A DNA stretch of 64,000 nt from Chrysomallon squamiferum (Eukaryota; Animalia; Mollusca), in contig CM022665.1 of NCBI GenBank assembly GCA_012295275.1, forward strand, positions 12,028,001-12,092,000, written 5' to 3'. The notes beneath the pieces were generated by a model. That model did no database searches. It was given only the letters and a program-made list of their open reading frames with translations, and was not told where the DNA came from. A program made the translations under genes and the position numbers. Positions 26,993-45,333 of the stretch are shown in pieces (within the stretch, counting starts at the first letter, position 1; every line of letters begins with the position of its first letter).

Positions 26993-29900
26993 TTAAGATC
27001 CAAAACCTGTGTAAGACTCTTTCACTGCTTGTAGTACATTAGCAACCATAGAATCTCGGTTCTCTCTGGATAGCTGAAAATAAGTAAAGACATTTTTGAT
27101 GTAATTTCTGAAACAACTAACTACAGAAATGTATTTGATATTCAAAAATTTTAAAACTAATTTCAAAACAGAAAATTCATTCACAACATAAGAGCAATAC
27201 TTATAACTAAAGTAGTATTTTTGGAAAGCTGACAAATATAAAACTTGATTTATAAAGGTAGGTTTCTATTCCACAAATGCAATCGAAATTTTATGTTAAA
27301 AACAAACAATAAAAAAACCCAACACTGTTAAATTTCAAATTTGTTGGAGCACTTGTATTACTAGGAAAAATAATTCATAATGGCTCAGCTTCTATTTATA
27401 TACACGAACTGATTTTAGAAAAAAGGTATCATTGTTATTGGTGTAACTTTACAAAGAAATTAGTTTCTTTTCCACCTTTATAAATTTACAAGAGCGACAG
27501 CAACAAGCACATTTATTGTATTATGTAATGTTTCAGCTTTTTATATAAATGGAAATTACTGTATAAACCACAGAATGACTCTCTAGTATTAATTAACTGA
27601 AGTGATAGGCAAGTTAGAAATTTTGGTGTGGATAAAACTAGATCAGAATTTAAACCTTAACAGCAAAGATTTACAATGTCCAATTGTTTTTTCACAACAA
27701 ATTCATTACCATCAAAAGAAATATCACACCATAAAGATCTTCATAATTACAATAAACACATGTAAGTTCAGAACAATATAATTATGACATACAGTAAACA
27801 CTGCCGCATCCTGTCTTCCCCGGATTTCTTCCACCAGTGGTATAGGTCTGCCTTTTTGTATTGGTATTGTTGCTAGAACTGTGGTTTTAGATTCATTTAT
27901 TATTTTTTTCACAGCATAGATAAAACTTTTACTAAACATTTCCATTTTACCAATTTCATCAATCACAAAAACCGGGTGATGTCCTAATTCTGTTTTCTGA
28001 AAAAATAACAATATGATGTAAATTTTAAAAAGGTTTGGTTCATTGTTATTTTGAACGTTAAAATGAAGAAAGACAATGGATGTAATCATGAATGGTGACA
28101 TATGTAAAAGGGTGAAGGTGCACATATTACTTGAAGTAATTCAGAAAGACTCGAAATTATAATGCTTTACACATTTTCATTATGTCCATTTACAATCTGG
28201 TCAAATAATAGCATTTTCTATTTAAAGTTTTAATAAATAAATGATGTTAAAAAATTGTTCTGATATCACAAAAACAGTTATATAACTTAATAAAAAAATA
28301 AAAAAATACATTTTTTGGTTGCTGTTGTTTCATAAAGATAATAAATGAAGAAAAAGAAATGATACTAAAACACTAACATATCAAGCTAATAACCTTCCAC
28401 ATGCCATGACAGCAGAGGTTTTACTGAACATTTTCTTCAGATTTGTGAACTCTGAAATTTTTAGATGACATTTTGGATATTTGTACTATTAGCTGAACAA
28501 GAAAATGACTGCAGATATTTAGCAAAACCTTCACTGACAAAATTTAGATCCAACCTGTAAAATTATTAGATTTTACATAAAACATTTTTTGATTACCTTA
28601 ACATTAAGGACTGCTAAAGCTGCCTGTTCAAAAGATTTAACTTGTACTGAGTACTGGCCAACTCGACATTCTTTTCCACCTTGATCAGTATCTGGGCTAG
28701 CAGTAACAAATATTAAAAAGTAACATCGACATAATAAATTCCATTAAAACTATCCACTCCACTAATAAAACAAAAAAAATTAAATGAAAATAACAACTTT
28801 CTTGGCAATCATAATGTATTGTTAAAAATATTACTTTCCATATAAATTCAAAATGCCTATCTTTAGTAATGTTTTGCTGTTATGTCAGGTACGTGTATAA
28901 TGCAAGGTAATGATAGTGTTAGTATAGAGCTGACAAATGATAATAATTATAAGTGATAATATTGTTACCTAGCAATATTTACATGGGCAACAAGAATATA
29001 TTTAACAATAATTCAGCTTGTTTTAATAACAATTGTAAATTGTGGAATGCTATCTAAAATGATGAAAGAGGAAAACTAATGCTGCAACCCAGTTTCTGAT
29101 TGACATCAAGAGATATTTTATAGGTGTCTTCCTAAAAGTTGGAAAGCACATTCCAAGTAATTGATAAACCAGTTCTGGAGTACTGACTGGAATGGGGAAC
29201 ATTCCTTTATTACCATTAACAAGGACCGATCCTGCAATCATTACCATCACTGACAATACTGTATTAAATTGCTAAGCACGTGGCTATTAAGAACTTTATC
29301 TCATATATATTCGTACATACAAATATACATACATACATTCATACACACACATATATATATAAATATGTACAGAGGGAAACAGTGTAAAATGTGGTCAACA
29401 ATTTTAAAAGGATACTTAATTGAATGAACCCAAGAAAAGAAAAAAAAACATAAGCCTTATTGTTTTTGTACCTCACTCTAGCCAGAGGTGACCGCTGACC
29501 ATCCAAAGTGACCACATCAAAACCTGTTCTTCTACCCCCAACTCTAACTTCTTCAGTATAAAAACCTTGAGTTGGTATGTTAGCCTCCTTCAAGGATTCA
29601 CATACTTTGTGAATTAGTGTTGTTTTGCCAATTCCTAAAATATTTATAACAAATTCTTTCAAAAAGCTGCAAATATATTTATTTTTATTTTTATTTCAAG
29701 AAAATTACTTAAATGTATGTTTAAATGATGTATAAATATTTTAATATTCAATTGAATCTGATTATGAAGTTGACATGATTCAAATGAATGGCTTTTGTAA
29801 AAGCCAAATCATAACCAATTTAAGTCTGAGGTTATACATTTCATTATTACTGTTGTTATTATTAATAAATAGATACATTGTGAAGCATTTACATTTTATT

Positions 29901-30337
29901 GTTAATTAATTTGAGATGTTAACACTCAGTTATGAACACTGACGAAAAGGTATAAAATGTACTTCAGAGATTCTTACATACAAGAATGTGATAAACACCC
30001 TTTTTTATCTCACTAATCTAACTGATAAAACTGACAATTTTGGTTTATTCTGAAATTAATGACTTCTAAACCATAAACAAAACCAACCAAACAAACGAGA
30101 AAGAAAAAAAGAAAAGAAATATTTTTGTGCTTCTCATTTAAAAGTTGTGTGTAAAACTGACAGTTTCGGTACTGTCGGTAATATTTGTAACGTGTAACTA
30201 AATCATGAATTCAAGTTAATATTATTTATGTATTAGTTTGTTGCACGATAAAACCTTCGACACTCTTTGAAAGAATGCATACCAGGAGGACCTGTGATTA
30301 TGACATGACGTGCTAAATGTTTAGCAGACTGCGCCAT
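26993..30337 (-). CDS. NTPCR: Cancer-related nucleoside triphosphatase (NTPCR/THEP1 family P-loop NTPase), 5 exons, ~200 aa
   Basis: Exons 30337-30283, 29634-29472, 28696-28597, 27996-27793, 27073-26993 join in frame (603 nt, GT-AG introns). Motifs: RHVIITGPPGIGKTT (Walker A), GFYTEEVRVGGRRTGFDVVTLDG, RVGQYSV, VIDEIGKME (Walker B), LATIP. Confidence 0.95.
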
Positions 30338-30584
30338 ATTGTTTCATTAAATTTTAATTTAAAGATAATAAATTAAAAAATTGTTTTTTCCCCCATTAAG
30401 TTGTCAGTGTCAAAAACCGGAAACACGTGCGTTCATTAATACAAAACAACAATATACGCATGTGCATATTTGACGGAAACTAATCAAGGGGAAATACTCT
30501 TCATTTCAGGAAATGGTCTTAAGTTATGATGATAAATATTTTTAATGATATTTTGGTGTCAGTTTTCACCCTTTTGGTAATGAA
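30338..30584. promoter_or_regulatory. Putative bidirectional promoter shared by NTPCR and LRRC57
   Basis: Divergent ATGs are 247 bp apart and the region is locally CpG-rich. ETS-like CCGGAA at 30417-30422 abuts E-box CACGTG at 30424-30429; NRF1-like CGCATGTGCA at ~30457-30466; a second CGGAA at ~30474. Confidence 0.8.
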
Positions 30585-34452
<3,868 letters not shown>

Positions 34453-35355
34453 TCATACCAAAACTGTCTGCGATTGACCTCAATTAAATCATTCTTACAC
34501 TGATGAATCTTAGCAACAGCTATCAATATATTACTGAAAATATTTTTCTTTTTTTTGGAATTAGACAATTTAGATTCTTTGCTTCTAAACTATATTATTA
34601 TTTTTTAAATATGTTAATATTTTTAAGATGTGATTGTGGCAAAGTAAGAAGAAAAAATTATGGCTTTTCATTTCTCTCATTTTTTATTCTGATTACTACA
34701 ATTTTTTATTTTTTATTATTACTGTTTTTTTAATCTTCTCTCAAGGTCTCTGTAATTTTAACAAACAGAGTTTTCTCCCCTAACAACTTAAAAAATATAT
34801 ATTATCTTGGTGATCTTCATTCATTTCCAGTTTTTTTCTTTCTTATATACTATTACTAATTTTTTTTTTTTTTTTTTTGTTACTTTTTTGCTTCTTTTAT
34901 GTTTTTGTTATTGTGTGTATGTGCCTTACTGTTTGGAGTTTCTAATCTATTTTGGTCAGTATTAGATGGAAATACAGGAAGCCAAATAAAAGTGGAATGC
35001 AAGTGGAAGGATATTTGTTAAATTTGTATTTATTTATCACACTGGGAAGATATTCTTTTCTTTTAAATGCAAGTATGTTTTCTATGTATGTTAATTAATT
35101 AATATATTTTTCATTAATGCCATAAATCGTCCACTTATTAGAAATAACTAACACACTGGTTGTAGGTGTTGCAGTAATTTAGATATTAAGTTATAAGTTA
35201 CATTATTATTCAGACTATTCTTAATTAAAAAATGTATGTAATATGTTAAACATAAAATATAGGTGCATTATTATATTTAAGTAATTTGATGTTTGATTAT
35301 CACAGATGCTTAATATATTTTGAATTTTGTCAAATATATTATTTACTGACATTGT

Positions 35356-35360
<5 letters not shown>

Positions 35361-35408
<48 letters not shown>
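35361..35408. repeat. (TG)n microsatellite
   Basis: Read directly from the sequence. Confidence 0.95.
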
Positions 35409-35409
<1 letters not shown>

Positions 35410-35820
35410 ACACGTGTATAAAACTCTGAATTTATGTAATGTTATGAACCAAAAAAACAAAAAAACAACAACAGAAAAGTCAATCCCAAAATAATCAGCT
35501 GAGTAGATAGATTTTAAATATTGAATCAATTACAGGCAAATTAGGTATTTAAACTTTTAACTTGGAGCATTTTAGATAATATTCAGATCACATAGACAGC
35601 ATCAGTAGATATTTCTCAGACAAGTAAAAAATATATTATTGTGGTCAGTGTACCAGTTAGAAAGTATTTAGCAGATTTAATATCTTCAGTTAACTGTATT
35701 AGGTAGGAAATACTTTTGGCATGAGATGAAATTGTTACTAGCTTACTCACTTACAGGATAAGAAATATATTCAGTGCCAAATTAATATTAACTGAAATGA
35801 AAATGGTTTTTTGTTGTTTG

Positions 35821-35873
<53 letters not shown>

Positions 35874-36394
35874 TTGTCTGTGAATTTATGTGTAATATGA
35901 AATATATATATATATATATATATAATTGTGCAGTCTAATTGTTCTGTTAATGACTTGTTAAATTTTTATTTGAGTGTTATTTTGGAGTGTGTGTATATAT
36001 ATATATTTATATATTTTTTATGTTATTCAGTGTCTTGCCTGGTTTGTTAGATACTAAAGAACTGTCCATCATTACTAGTCAGTAATCTTTTTTGGTTATC
36101 CAAATAATAGGAGAGGTCAAAAATTATTTGTACTTATTTCTATTTTCAATAGCTGAAATTCTCTAAAAAAAAAATATATATATATATATATTTCTCTACA
36201 ATGTAGAGTTTACATATTAGTCTTAATATACTTTTTAAATAATGTAACCTGTTTTTGTTGCTGTTATTTTTCATATTGAATCTCTGTTTTTAGTGTTCAC
36301 TTATGGATACATGGTTAAAACCTGTTGATCATTAAACAGTTGTTTTTTTTCTTCTACATTTGTATGTGTATGTGTATATATATATATATGTGTG

Positions 36395-36431
<37 letters not shown>

Positions 36432-37773
36432 GCAGGAAATCTTAGAGAACAATTGCAAGGTAAAAAGGTCAGATTTTTGTTCATACAAATTAAAAATTTA
36501 GATAAAAAGAAAAGGGTCAGTGAAACTGCAGATGAACTTGGACTAATAACTGTAGATATTTAGTATTCAAAGCTTTTCCATGAGCTATAGACATTTTTTT
36601 CTGAAGTTAGAAGTGTTCTGTTTGAAAATGATAAAACCATGTAAGGAAGACATCTGAGATCAACAATAAAAGTTACAATGTATAGAAAACTGTCATAAAA
36701 CAGCTCCTGTATCTTCAGATATTTGTCTAACTAGTTTTAATGCCTTTTGCTTTTCAGGTTAGGTTTTATTGATTGTTTTACTTTTCTACTTAAGGTAAAA
36801 GGCTGATTTACTTAGCTAAATAGTAAAAATGTTTGTCTTACAGGAGATATAAAATAAATTATTCAGTACTATTTTATTTCATATTATTATTTTTAATAAC
36901 TTTTGTATTAGCACATGTATTCATAATATACCTGCAGGTCAGAAGATGTGTTTGTATTTTATTTATTTATTTTTCATAGATTGTTTGTTTTGGGATGATT
37001 ATGCAAGGGTATATTTACCAAATATTCCAACTTGAAAACTGTCTCTTTTTCTCTTGATATTTTTAGATATGCTATGTTTAACTTCATGCAGTTTGTGCTG
37101 TTTGTAAATCTCTTTTTTATTCTTGATATTATTACTGAAAGATGCTATCTATAACTGGTGAATTGGTGGAATTTTATTTGAGTATATTTCAGGAACCATG
37201 TTTGTTTTCTTTTCTTTTTTAATATTAATATTGAAAAATATAGCACACTAATTTAATATATTTGTTTCCAAGAACTAATATGAATTTAGTATTACTTGAA
37301 ATAATAAAACTTCAGGTGTTTCTTAACAGTATGAATGTGTGTATGTGTGAACAAATGCACGAGTGAGAGTGAGAATTATAAAAATGAAGTAAGCATGCAT
37401 ATTTTGAATGTGACATTTTAATTTATAACTTTTGTACATCTGTGTTGTTTCTCAGTGTTTTATTCAAAACATACATATAAGAATCTACTTACCCAAAACT
37501 CCTATTTTATTATTATTATGCTAATAACATATTTCATTTTAAAACTGATAAAATTAATTTTAAAATCTATCAGATAATGTACATTTTAAAATTATTGAAT
37601 AATATGTAATCTACATTCCTCTTGTCATAAACTATAAATCTGTGTGTAGTTAAACACTTAATATGTAATTTGTCAAGATAGAAATGGAGTGGTGTGTGGC
37701 TTGGTGATTAGATTGTTGGCCTGTGTCACATGGTTGATTTTTCCAACTTCTTGGTGGAGCTCCCCTTTTCTGA

Positions 37774-37843
37774 AATTCAACAGAATATAGCCTATAAATA
37801 AGGTCTGAGCCACCTTTATTTATGGGCTATATTCTGTTGAATT
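37774..37843. repeat. 70-nt near-perfect hairpin/palindrome
   Basis: AATTCAACAGAATATAGCCTATAAATAAGGT-ctgagcc-ACCTTTATTTATGGGCTATATTCTGTTGAATT: 31-bp stem with one U-G wobble and one bulged U, 7-nt loop. Confidence 0.9.
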
Positions 37844-38976
37844 ATTACCTCAGTTGACATGCTGCATGCTGCATGTATCATGGCACAGGATAATGTTTAT
37901 CTCTGTATTATTTTCTTTATTCAGTGTAAACACAATTTAATAAACAAGTGAAGACTATAAAATGTATATTTCTTTATTATTATTTGATCCAGTATTAGTT
38001 ACAGTTGTGGATCCAGCATGATGAGATAAGATCTGGAACCATGTTGCTTACATGTCTGAAAATTAAAAAATGCTTATGTGTAAGTCCACATGTGAATTTC
38101 TATGTCAATTACATAAATGCTTGTATGTGTTAACTTAATGACTAAAGAACTACTTCTTCCATCATTAAGGTCTGAATCTATGCATCAATAAAACACAGAC
38201 AATTGGGACTGCTTGACAGTCTTCTTTGTAAAGTGTCATTGATCCACTCTTGAGAACTGTGGAAATTGTATACTGAAGTACAAGACATTGAATTTAAATG
38301 TGTAGAGAAGCAGCTTTTTACAATCGTTTAATATCAATATTGTTAAATAAACATTTTCATGCTGAATATTGAAACACTTAGCTTGATCAAGCACAGGAGG
38401 CTGGAAAGCCTAAACCTGTATTTTAATCAATCTAGATTGTATACTAGTGCTGAAGAGATTGTTACTGATAGAGATAATAATGGCTTTTAAAAATAAAAAA
38501 TAAAATATGACTTTTTTTTCTTCTTCGTAATATACTGATACAGAATTGGTTAATGTGGAAATACTATTCACCTATAAATTACTGAGAAGTACATAGAGTA
38601 CATGAAAGACAATGCTTTAAGAAATAAGCAACCAAATAATTTCTGACAAATATATTTATTCAAATTCAATCATTACAAGATGAAAAGTAAAGTACATAAT
38701 GTTGTTTATTTTTAAAAATGTAAAACATAGAACATATGCTGTCAAATTGTACTTTAACCCTTCAGGAAAACAATTATTTTTATCAGTGGTCGGCAACTTG
38801 TGTGCAAACTGCTATCGCCGTATTGAAGGCCTTTTGGGGGCGATGGATGGGCGTCGAGCTTCGCTGAAACAATTCGTCAGCGTTTGACTTGACCCTTATG
38901 ACTTTTTAGTATGGGCAGAACTGGGCATGAAACCATCTACTGACTATTTCACTAAAAATAATAGCCACTGTTGTGT

Positions 38977-38990
38977 TCGCCAGAGGGCGA
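38977..38990 (+). promoter_or_regulatory. CTCF-like binding motif
   Basis: TCGCCAGAGGGCGA closely matches the CTCF core (CCRSYAGRKGGCRS) and lies in the first CpG-rich patch after the CpG-depleted gene cluster. Confidence 0.45.
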
Positions 38991-41720
38991 AATTAGGAGA
39001 AAAACCAACGCAAAGTGCAGCGAGTGGGAAACAGTTTCGATTATCAAGATAGGCGCTGCTTAAGCCTATAAGAAGTGAACAGTACGGATTTTGTCATGCG
39101 AAAGAGCTCAAAACTGTTAAGACTAATGAATTATTAATTAATCTTTTATTTGAACATAATAAATACCATTTAAGATTAAACAGTTAATTCTGAAATTAAC
39201 TCTTGTCAGCTCTAACTTTACCATCTGTTGAAAGTAGGCAATCGAGGTTTTCCACCATACCAAACTCTGTAGCTCATTTCGTTCTACGTACTGGTTTACT
39301 GGTGTAACTTCCAAAAGAAATCAAGAAGAAAATACGCGAAAAAGGGTTGTCGAGCACTGGTTTATCTTATTCTATTAAAAATTACTTTGCATGCAGGACA
39401 TATCTTTATCACCGAATGCATGTTCGGGTAATATCTGTTTTATTATGTGTGCGAATAGAACTTTAATCAATCCGTCTATCAATAAATGAATAATTCTGTC
39501 TCTGTGTCTGTCTGTCTGAAGTAAACAGAAACATATCTTAATGCATATTGATATTAATTGTGCGTTATTTAGAACTTTATTTATGTTGGAATTCACTGTC
39601 ATTGATTGGGATAATTTAATTATAGTAAAGACATTCTCATGATTCTGTATTTGCATTTCAAAACAACCGATTTATTGCAACAAGCAATTAATTATTTCAA
39701 GAAGAATGAACTGTGAGTGGGTGCTTGATGTAGAAAAGCCAAAGTAGCAATAACAACAACGATATCCATCACACACACATACACACACACACACAACCCA
39801 ATCAAAAAACAATTATAATAAATAAATATATAAATAAAAAAAATATATAAAAAAATAAAACATTTTTTAAATAATAAAATAAAGACGAACAAACAATAAA
39901 AAACAAAAAAAAAAAAAAAAAAAAAAAAAAGGGAAAGAAAGAATGAAGAAAAAGGAGTACCACATTCAACCGACCAACCAACCAACATAATAATAATAAT
40001 AAAAATCGGTGAATCATTGATCAAAAATAACTAACTTCCTGACTACCCATCGTAAGATTACACCAATAATAAGAATTGTTATATTGATAATATAAAATAT
40101 ACATTTTAAAAATAAATAAATAAATAAATAAAAGTTATTATAATTACTATTAAAAGGAAAGAAATTTCAGTATACTCATTTAATATCAAATTCCACAAAA
40201 TAATTTTTTTAAAAAGAAAAAAGAAAATTCACCTTTGAATTACATTTTTCATGGTTCTTGCTTTCTATTTACATATATTTCAGTGAAAAAGGTATTAAAC
40301 AAAATTTCAGTATCATTTCTGTTTCGAATTTGACCCATCAGTCAGTACCATGGTGATTCTCATAAAGATTAATAGAAAACGGAGCTAAAAACAAAAATAG
40401 AGAAAGAAAGAATTAAAAAAAAAAAAAATCACCATTAACCGCATCAGCAAAAATACTGAAAGGAAAAATCCGGAATTGTATAAAAATTCACCTATTACTA
40501 CAAGCATATAATAATAATTTAACTTTTTTTTTTCTCTCCGTGGATTGACACAATTCTTTTATTTAATCAACATCAGGGATGCTTCGATAAATTATTACGT
40601 TGCATGATTAATAAATATGGTTAGTTTTTATACTTTATATTTTTCACTATACTTGTTTTCTCGCCATCTGAAATCTTCCTTTGATCAATAACTGTATTTA
40701 TGATTATTTTCTAGTATATATATCGATACATAACTCAAAGTTATGTCCTACATAGGTTTCATATTGCTTTCTCTCTATTTACCGGTCTCTCAGATAATCA
40801 GTCAATCGCTCGATCCATCGATCAGTCAGTCAATCAGTCACTCACTGACTATTCATTCACTCTGCCTCTCGGAAGTAAATCGAAACATTAGAAAAACTAC
40901 TGTTTATCTTACTCTGTTAAAAATTACACTGCTTGCGGAACGTTTCTTTATCATGTTTGGGCAGTATATACTGATAATAATAATGCATTACGAGGAACTT
41001 TGCTTATATTTGACCTCAATTTCAGATTAACTGGGATATGTTGTTTAACTGTAATGAAGATTAATACAAAACGACTGATTTATTACGATAAGTAAATTTC
41101 TTATAGAACAAGACGATTAACCAAATTTCGATCTTCTTCATTTGTTCTATATTCATCCATCCAATTCAGTTAATGTCGATATTACATTATCATTCCTAGC
41201 AGTGGTTCTGAATGGAATGTTGCTTTTCAGAAATAATTATAAGCTTAATAAAGGTAACGTTCATACCATGATCTCTAGGGAGGGAGGAAATAAACAAAGA
41301 TGGGAAATTAAAAATTGCTCTACTGGCTTTATATTGTAATAGTTTCTAATAAAGTGAGCAAATTGAATTTTTAAAATGAAGTATTTTGTTGAAACATCAA
41401 AGTTCGTTCTCAGAAATACAAAATCATTGATATGAAATAAAATATAAACAAATACACAACAGTTCATCGTTCACAAAATAAAGATCGAGATGAGAGACTA
41501 CATAATATGATGCAATTACCAACAGCGATCATCTACTAAGACACCATGGTGTCTCTACTTAGCGATTCACGATCTTTTTTTTATGTTAATGCAAATTAGA
41601 TTAAGAAGCATAATGTATCGTGCTACAGTCATCTATTTCTGATTCTATAAAACTAAATTATCGTGAACCATTTTCACTTAATAATTCCATTTCTGGCAAC
41701 AACAAAAATAATTAAAAAAA

Positions 41721-41751
<31 letters not shown>

Positions 41752-42936
41752 AAATAAATAAATAAATAATAACAAAAAAACACCAAATAAAATAATTTAA
41801 AAAATAATAAAATATTATAAAATAAAATAAAATTTAAAAATTAAATATTCTCCTTTAAGGATAATACTGATGATACTTTGAAACAAAAGGAACCTGTCAA
41901 AGTCAGGCGCGGTATTGGAACCTCGTATTGATGACAGAAGGTATCATGTATTATATTTGTTCAGTAGTGATCGATATGAATCTTCTTAATCACTAGAGAC
42001 AATTTAGTGACATAACACATCTGACGTCTTGTCCATCAAGCTTTTGGTTTCTAGAATACTCTGATCCATTAAGGTCAGAGTGACATACGACATTTAAGCG
42101 GATAAGATCTTCTACACCAGAGACATTATTTTAAAGTGCTATTCGTTTCGTAATTTCGACATGAAATGTCATCTGAGTTATTTGTAGACGTGGGAGGAAA
42201 ATTTGGAAAGTTACGTCAAACTATGTTGCTCTTTAATCTAAAAAATATCCATTATTTCAAAAAAACCCACAAATAAAACACAAAACAATCAGACTTGTTC
42301 TGCCCACACTGCAGATATATTATTTCGCTGCTGCCTACACGAACGACTGCCCTCCCAAAACAAAGTGTAAATTATAAAAAGATTAAAGAAGATAATAATT
42401 TCATTTTCTCGTATAATAATTTTTGTCATTCCCGCCACCTATCTCTCTGACTCACGGAGACATACGCAAAAAAACAGGTCAAATTTTTGTTCTTATTGTT
42501 TTTGTTTTTTTTTTTTTTTTTTTTTTTTTAAAGAAAATATTTTTGTTTTTCATCGAGTTAAATTGTAAAAGACAATTTAACGGTTCAAGCGGTAGGAATC
42601 TATCGACAAGGCAGCAAAGCATTGTCGAAAAGCCATTTGAAAATCAGCAAAAATTATGGTTGGATTGTCAAAGACATATAAATAGCTCAATTATTCACGT
42701 CAGCAGATATGATGTGTGACCATCAATCCATTATCATATGAAATGGCTTTTGTCTGGTTAAGAACGCTTACTCAAACGTTATTATAAATAAATAATAGTC
42801 CTGAACATCCCGCATTTGTCGTCTGACGGCAGAAATTGAAAACAAGGACATTATCTGAAACTGTTTATTGTGGAATGCTGTTTAATGGGTGAATGCCTTT
42901 TTAATGTGCCATGGAGGGTAGGATCGTCCGCTCTCA

Positions 42937-42941
<5 letters not shown>

Positions 42942-43027
<86 letters not shown>
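42942..43027. repeat. (GA)n microsatellite
   Basis: Read directly from the sequence. Confidence 0.95.
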
Positions 43028-43030
<3 letters not shown>

Positions 43031-43322
43031 CAAATGTGAATGTTTTGGTCAGATATATCTTAATGAATCAATAAATGTTTGGTAGCGATGTCTAATTTAA
43101 GAAAAATATACGTTTTTTTTATGTTTTTTTTTAAGTACTAATGATACCTGTTAATAATTTTAATATAATTGTAATATCCTCAAAGAATGAAAGTCAGTTC
43201 GTATAAAATACTGATTTGGCGTTAAAAAAAAAAAAAAAAAAAAAAAAAATGATGCAGAAAGCTTATGAACTTGTTCTAAAAGTTACGATTCGGTGTTTAT
43301 AAAAAATATAAAACTTGGTTTA

Positions 43323-43361
<39 letters not shown>

Positions 43362-44028
43362 CATTATTATTTTTATTTTATTTTTCAAAGTTAAAAGAAT
43401 AAAGAACCAGTTCAGCTTAATTAGACGCTATAATACAGCTAAAGATAGTTATAAAATTGTTTATACAAGCTGAATACTTCAATTCAGTCACAACAGGAGT
43501 CGTAAATCTAATGATCATAATACAGTTTGAAACAGATTTCATTTTCTTTCAGTGCTTGTGTCCTATTTTATTAATCCGCGAATGTAAACATATGCTATAA
43601 TGTGCTCTAAAATTAACCAGTACGTTCTAAAGCTTTGGAGACAATGGAGGAGTCAGTTACATGTCGAATATTCACTCATACATTAAACTGGATCAATTAT
43701 TTTTAACGCAGTATTGGGCAGAAACAATAAGTCTAATGACGATGTCGAATATATAAACACGAAGAAAAAACCGTCTATGCATTAGCAAGGTAACTTGAAA
43801 GACTGCGACATCTTTTCAGACGATCGCAACAGTGTGCAGTGCAATATAAAGAAGAAGAAGAAAGAAAATCTTTTATTCATAACAGTCATGACTTTTCTCG
43901 AAACATACGCGATTCTAATGCTTTGTTAATTGTGCAGTACCTTTCATTCAATGAGACTTGCATTGCCATTGCAGAAATGTCAATCCATAATCGATAAATA
44001 AAATTCCAGAATCAGTTGCAATAACTTG

Positions 44029-44354
44029 TTAGGATTGACGCTGTTTACATGCGAACCCAGACGGTGCAATCCTACGATTATTGACTCGGAATAAGAGAGC
44101 AAGACAGTTCAAAAGTGTCCCAGGAACAGTCGATTCCACGTGGATTCGTTGAACCTGGAAACAGCGCATGCGTACTGCTGACAGACATCGCTCATGTTTG
44201 GCGCTACTCTTGGGACATGCAAACGAATAAAAGATGACTACTTTTGTCAGAACGGGGCATACAAATGTACACACTGATCTGATTTTGAAAAAGAATATTA
44301 AGTAAATTTAAATATACATATATTAAATATAAATAAAATTCTAAGCTATTAAAA
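44029..44354 (+). promoter_or_regulatory. Putative promoter/5' region of the membrane-protein gene
   Basis: CpG-rich patch just upstream of the signal-peptide exon, with palindromic E-box TCCACGTGGA (44135-44144) and NRF1-like GCGCATGCGT (44164-44173). Confidence 0.5.
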
Positions 44355-45292
44355 ATGATGTCGTTTTCATACAAGAACTTTGGAAATTTTCTGTACCAAC
44401 TTTTTCTGATGTTGTTCAGTTTTGTTCTTCAAATTGCGGGTAAGTAATTATTTTTAATTTTCATTTTACACACGCACGTCCGCACGCTAATACACACAAA
44501 TTCACACATATACAGACATGCATAGATACATATATCAAGAATGAGAAGTATATAAAATTGTTTGATATTCAACTGACACTGATAGAAAAATTAAGTCATT
44601 AACTATGATTAAGTAAAATATTAACGTGTTTTTTGTTTGTTGTTGTTTTACCAGAAAAAAAAGGAGAAAACATTAACGTATGTAATGTAGAGTAAATAAC
44701 TGTAAGATAATATACATTTTTTAATGTATGGTTATATAAAAAGAACACAAATACAACAGCAACAACAACAACAATAATAATAACGATGTGTATGAAGGCC
44801 ATTATGAATGAATGAACAGCTACTTAACGAATTTCAAATTATTATTATTATTATTATTGGCTATAATGTGTCTGATGATAATGACAACATAAGTATCTGA
44901 GGCAACGTTTCTAAATATGCGCCTTCTCACAACTAGATAATCAGTTCCAAGATCTTTGGTAAATTAACCATGGACACTGGCTGGAACGGGAAAAAACCGA
45001 ATCGAAAATAATATTGATAATAACTGTAATTTATTTTATTTTATTTATTATAACCGTTTATGTTTTTTATTTATTTATTTATTTTTTTATTTTTTTTTTT
45101 TTTATTTTTTTATTTTTTTGTGATTTTAATGTAAATTTTTTTCTTTTTTTTCTTTTTTTACTGATGACAAAAACATGGAAAATTGTTATTTTAAATATTA
45201 ACAGTCCCAGTTTGCTTTACCTTTACTAGATCCCAGACCATATGGTTTTACACAAAAAGTGTCTGGTAAAACAGTTTCAGAAAAATAAAGAC

Positions 45293-45333
<41 letters not shown>

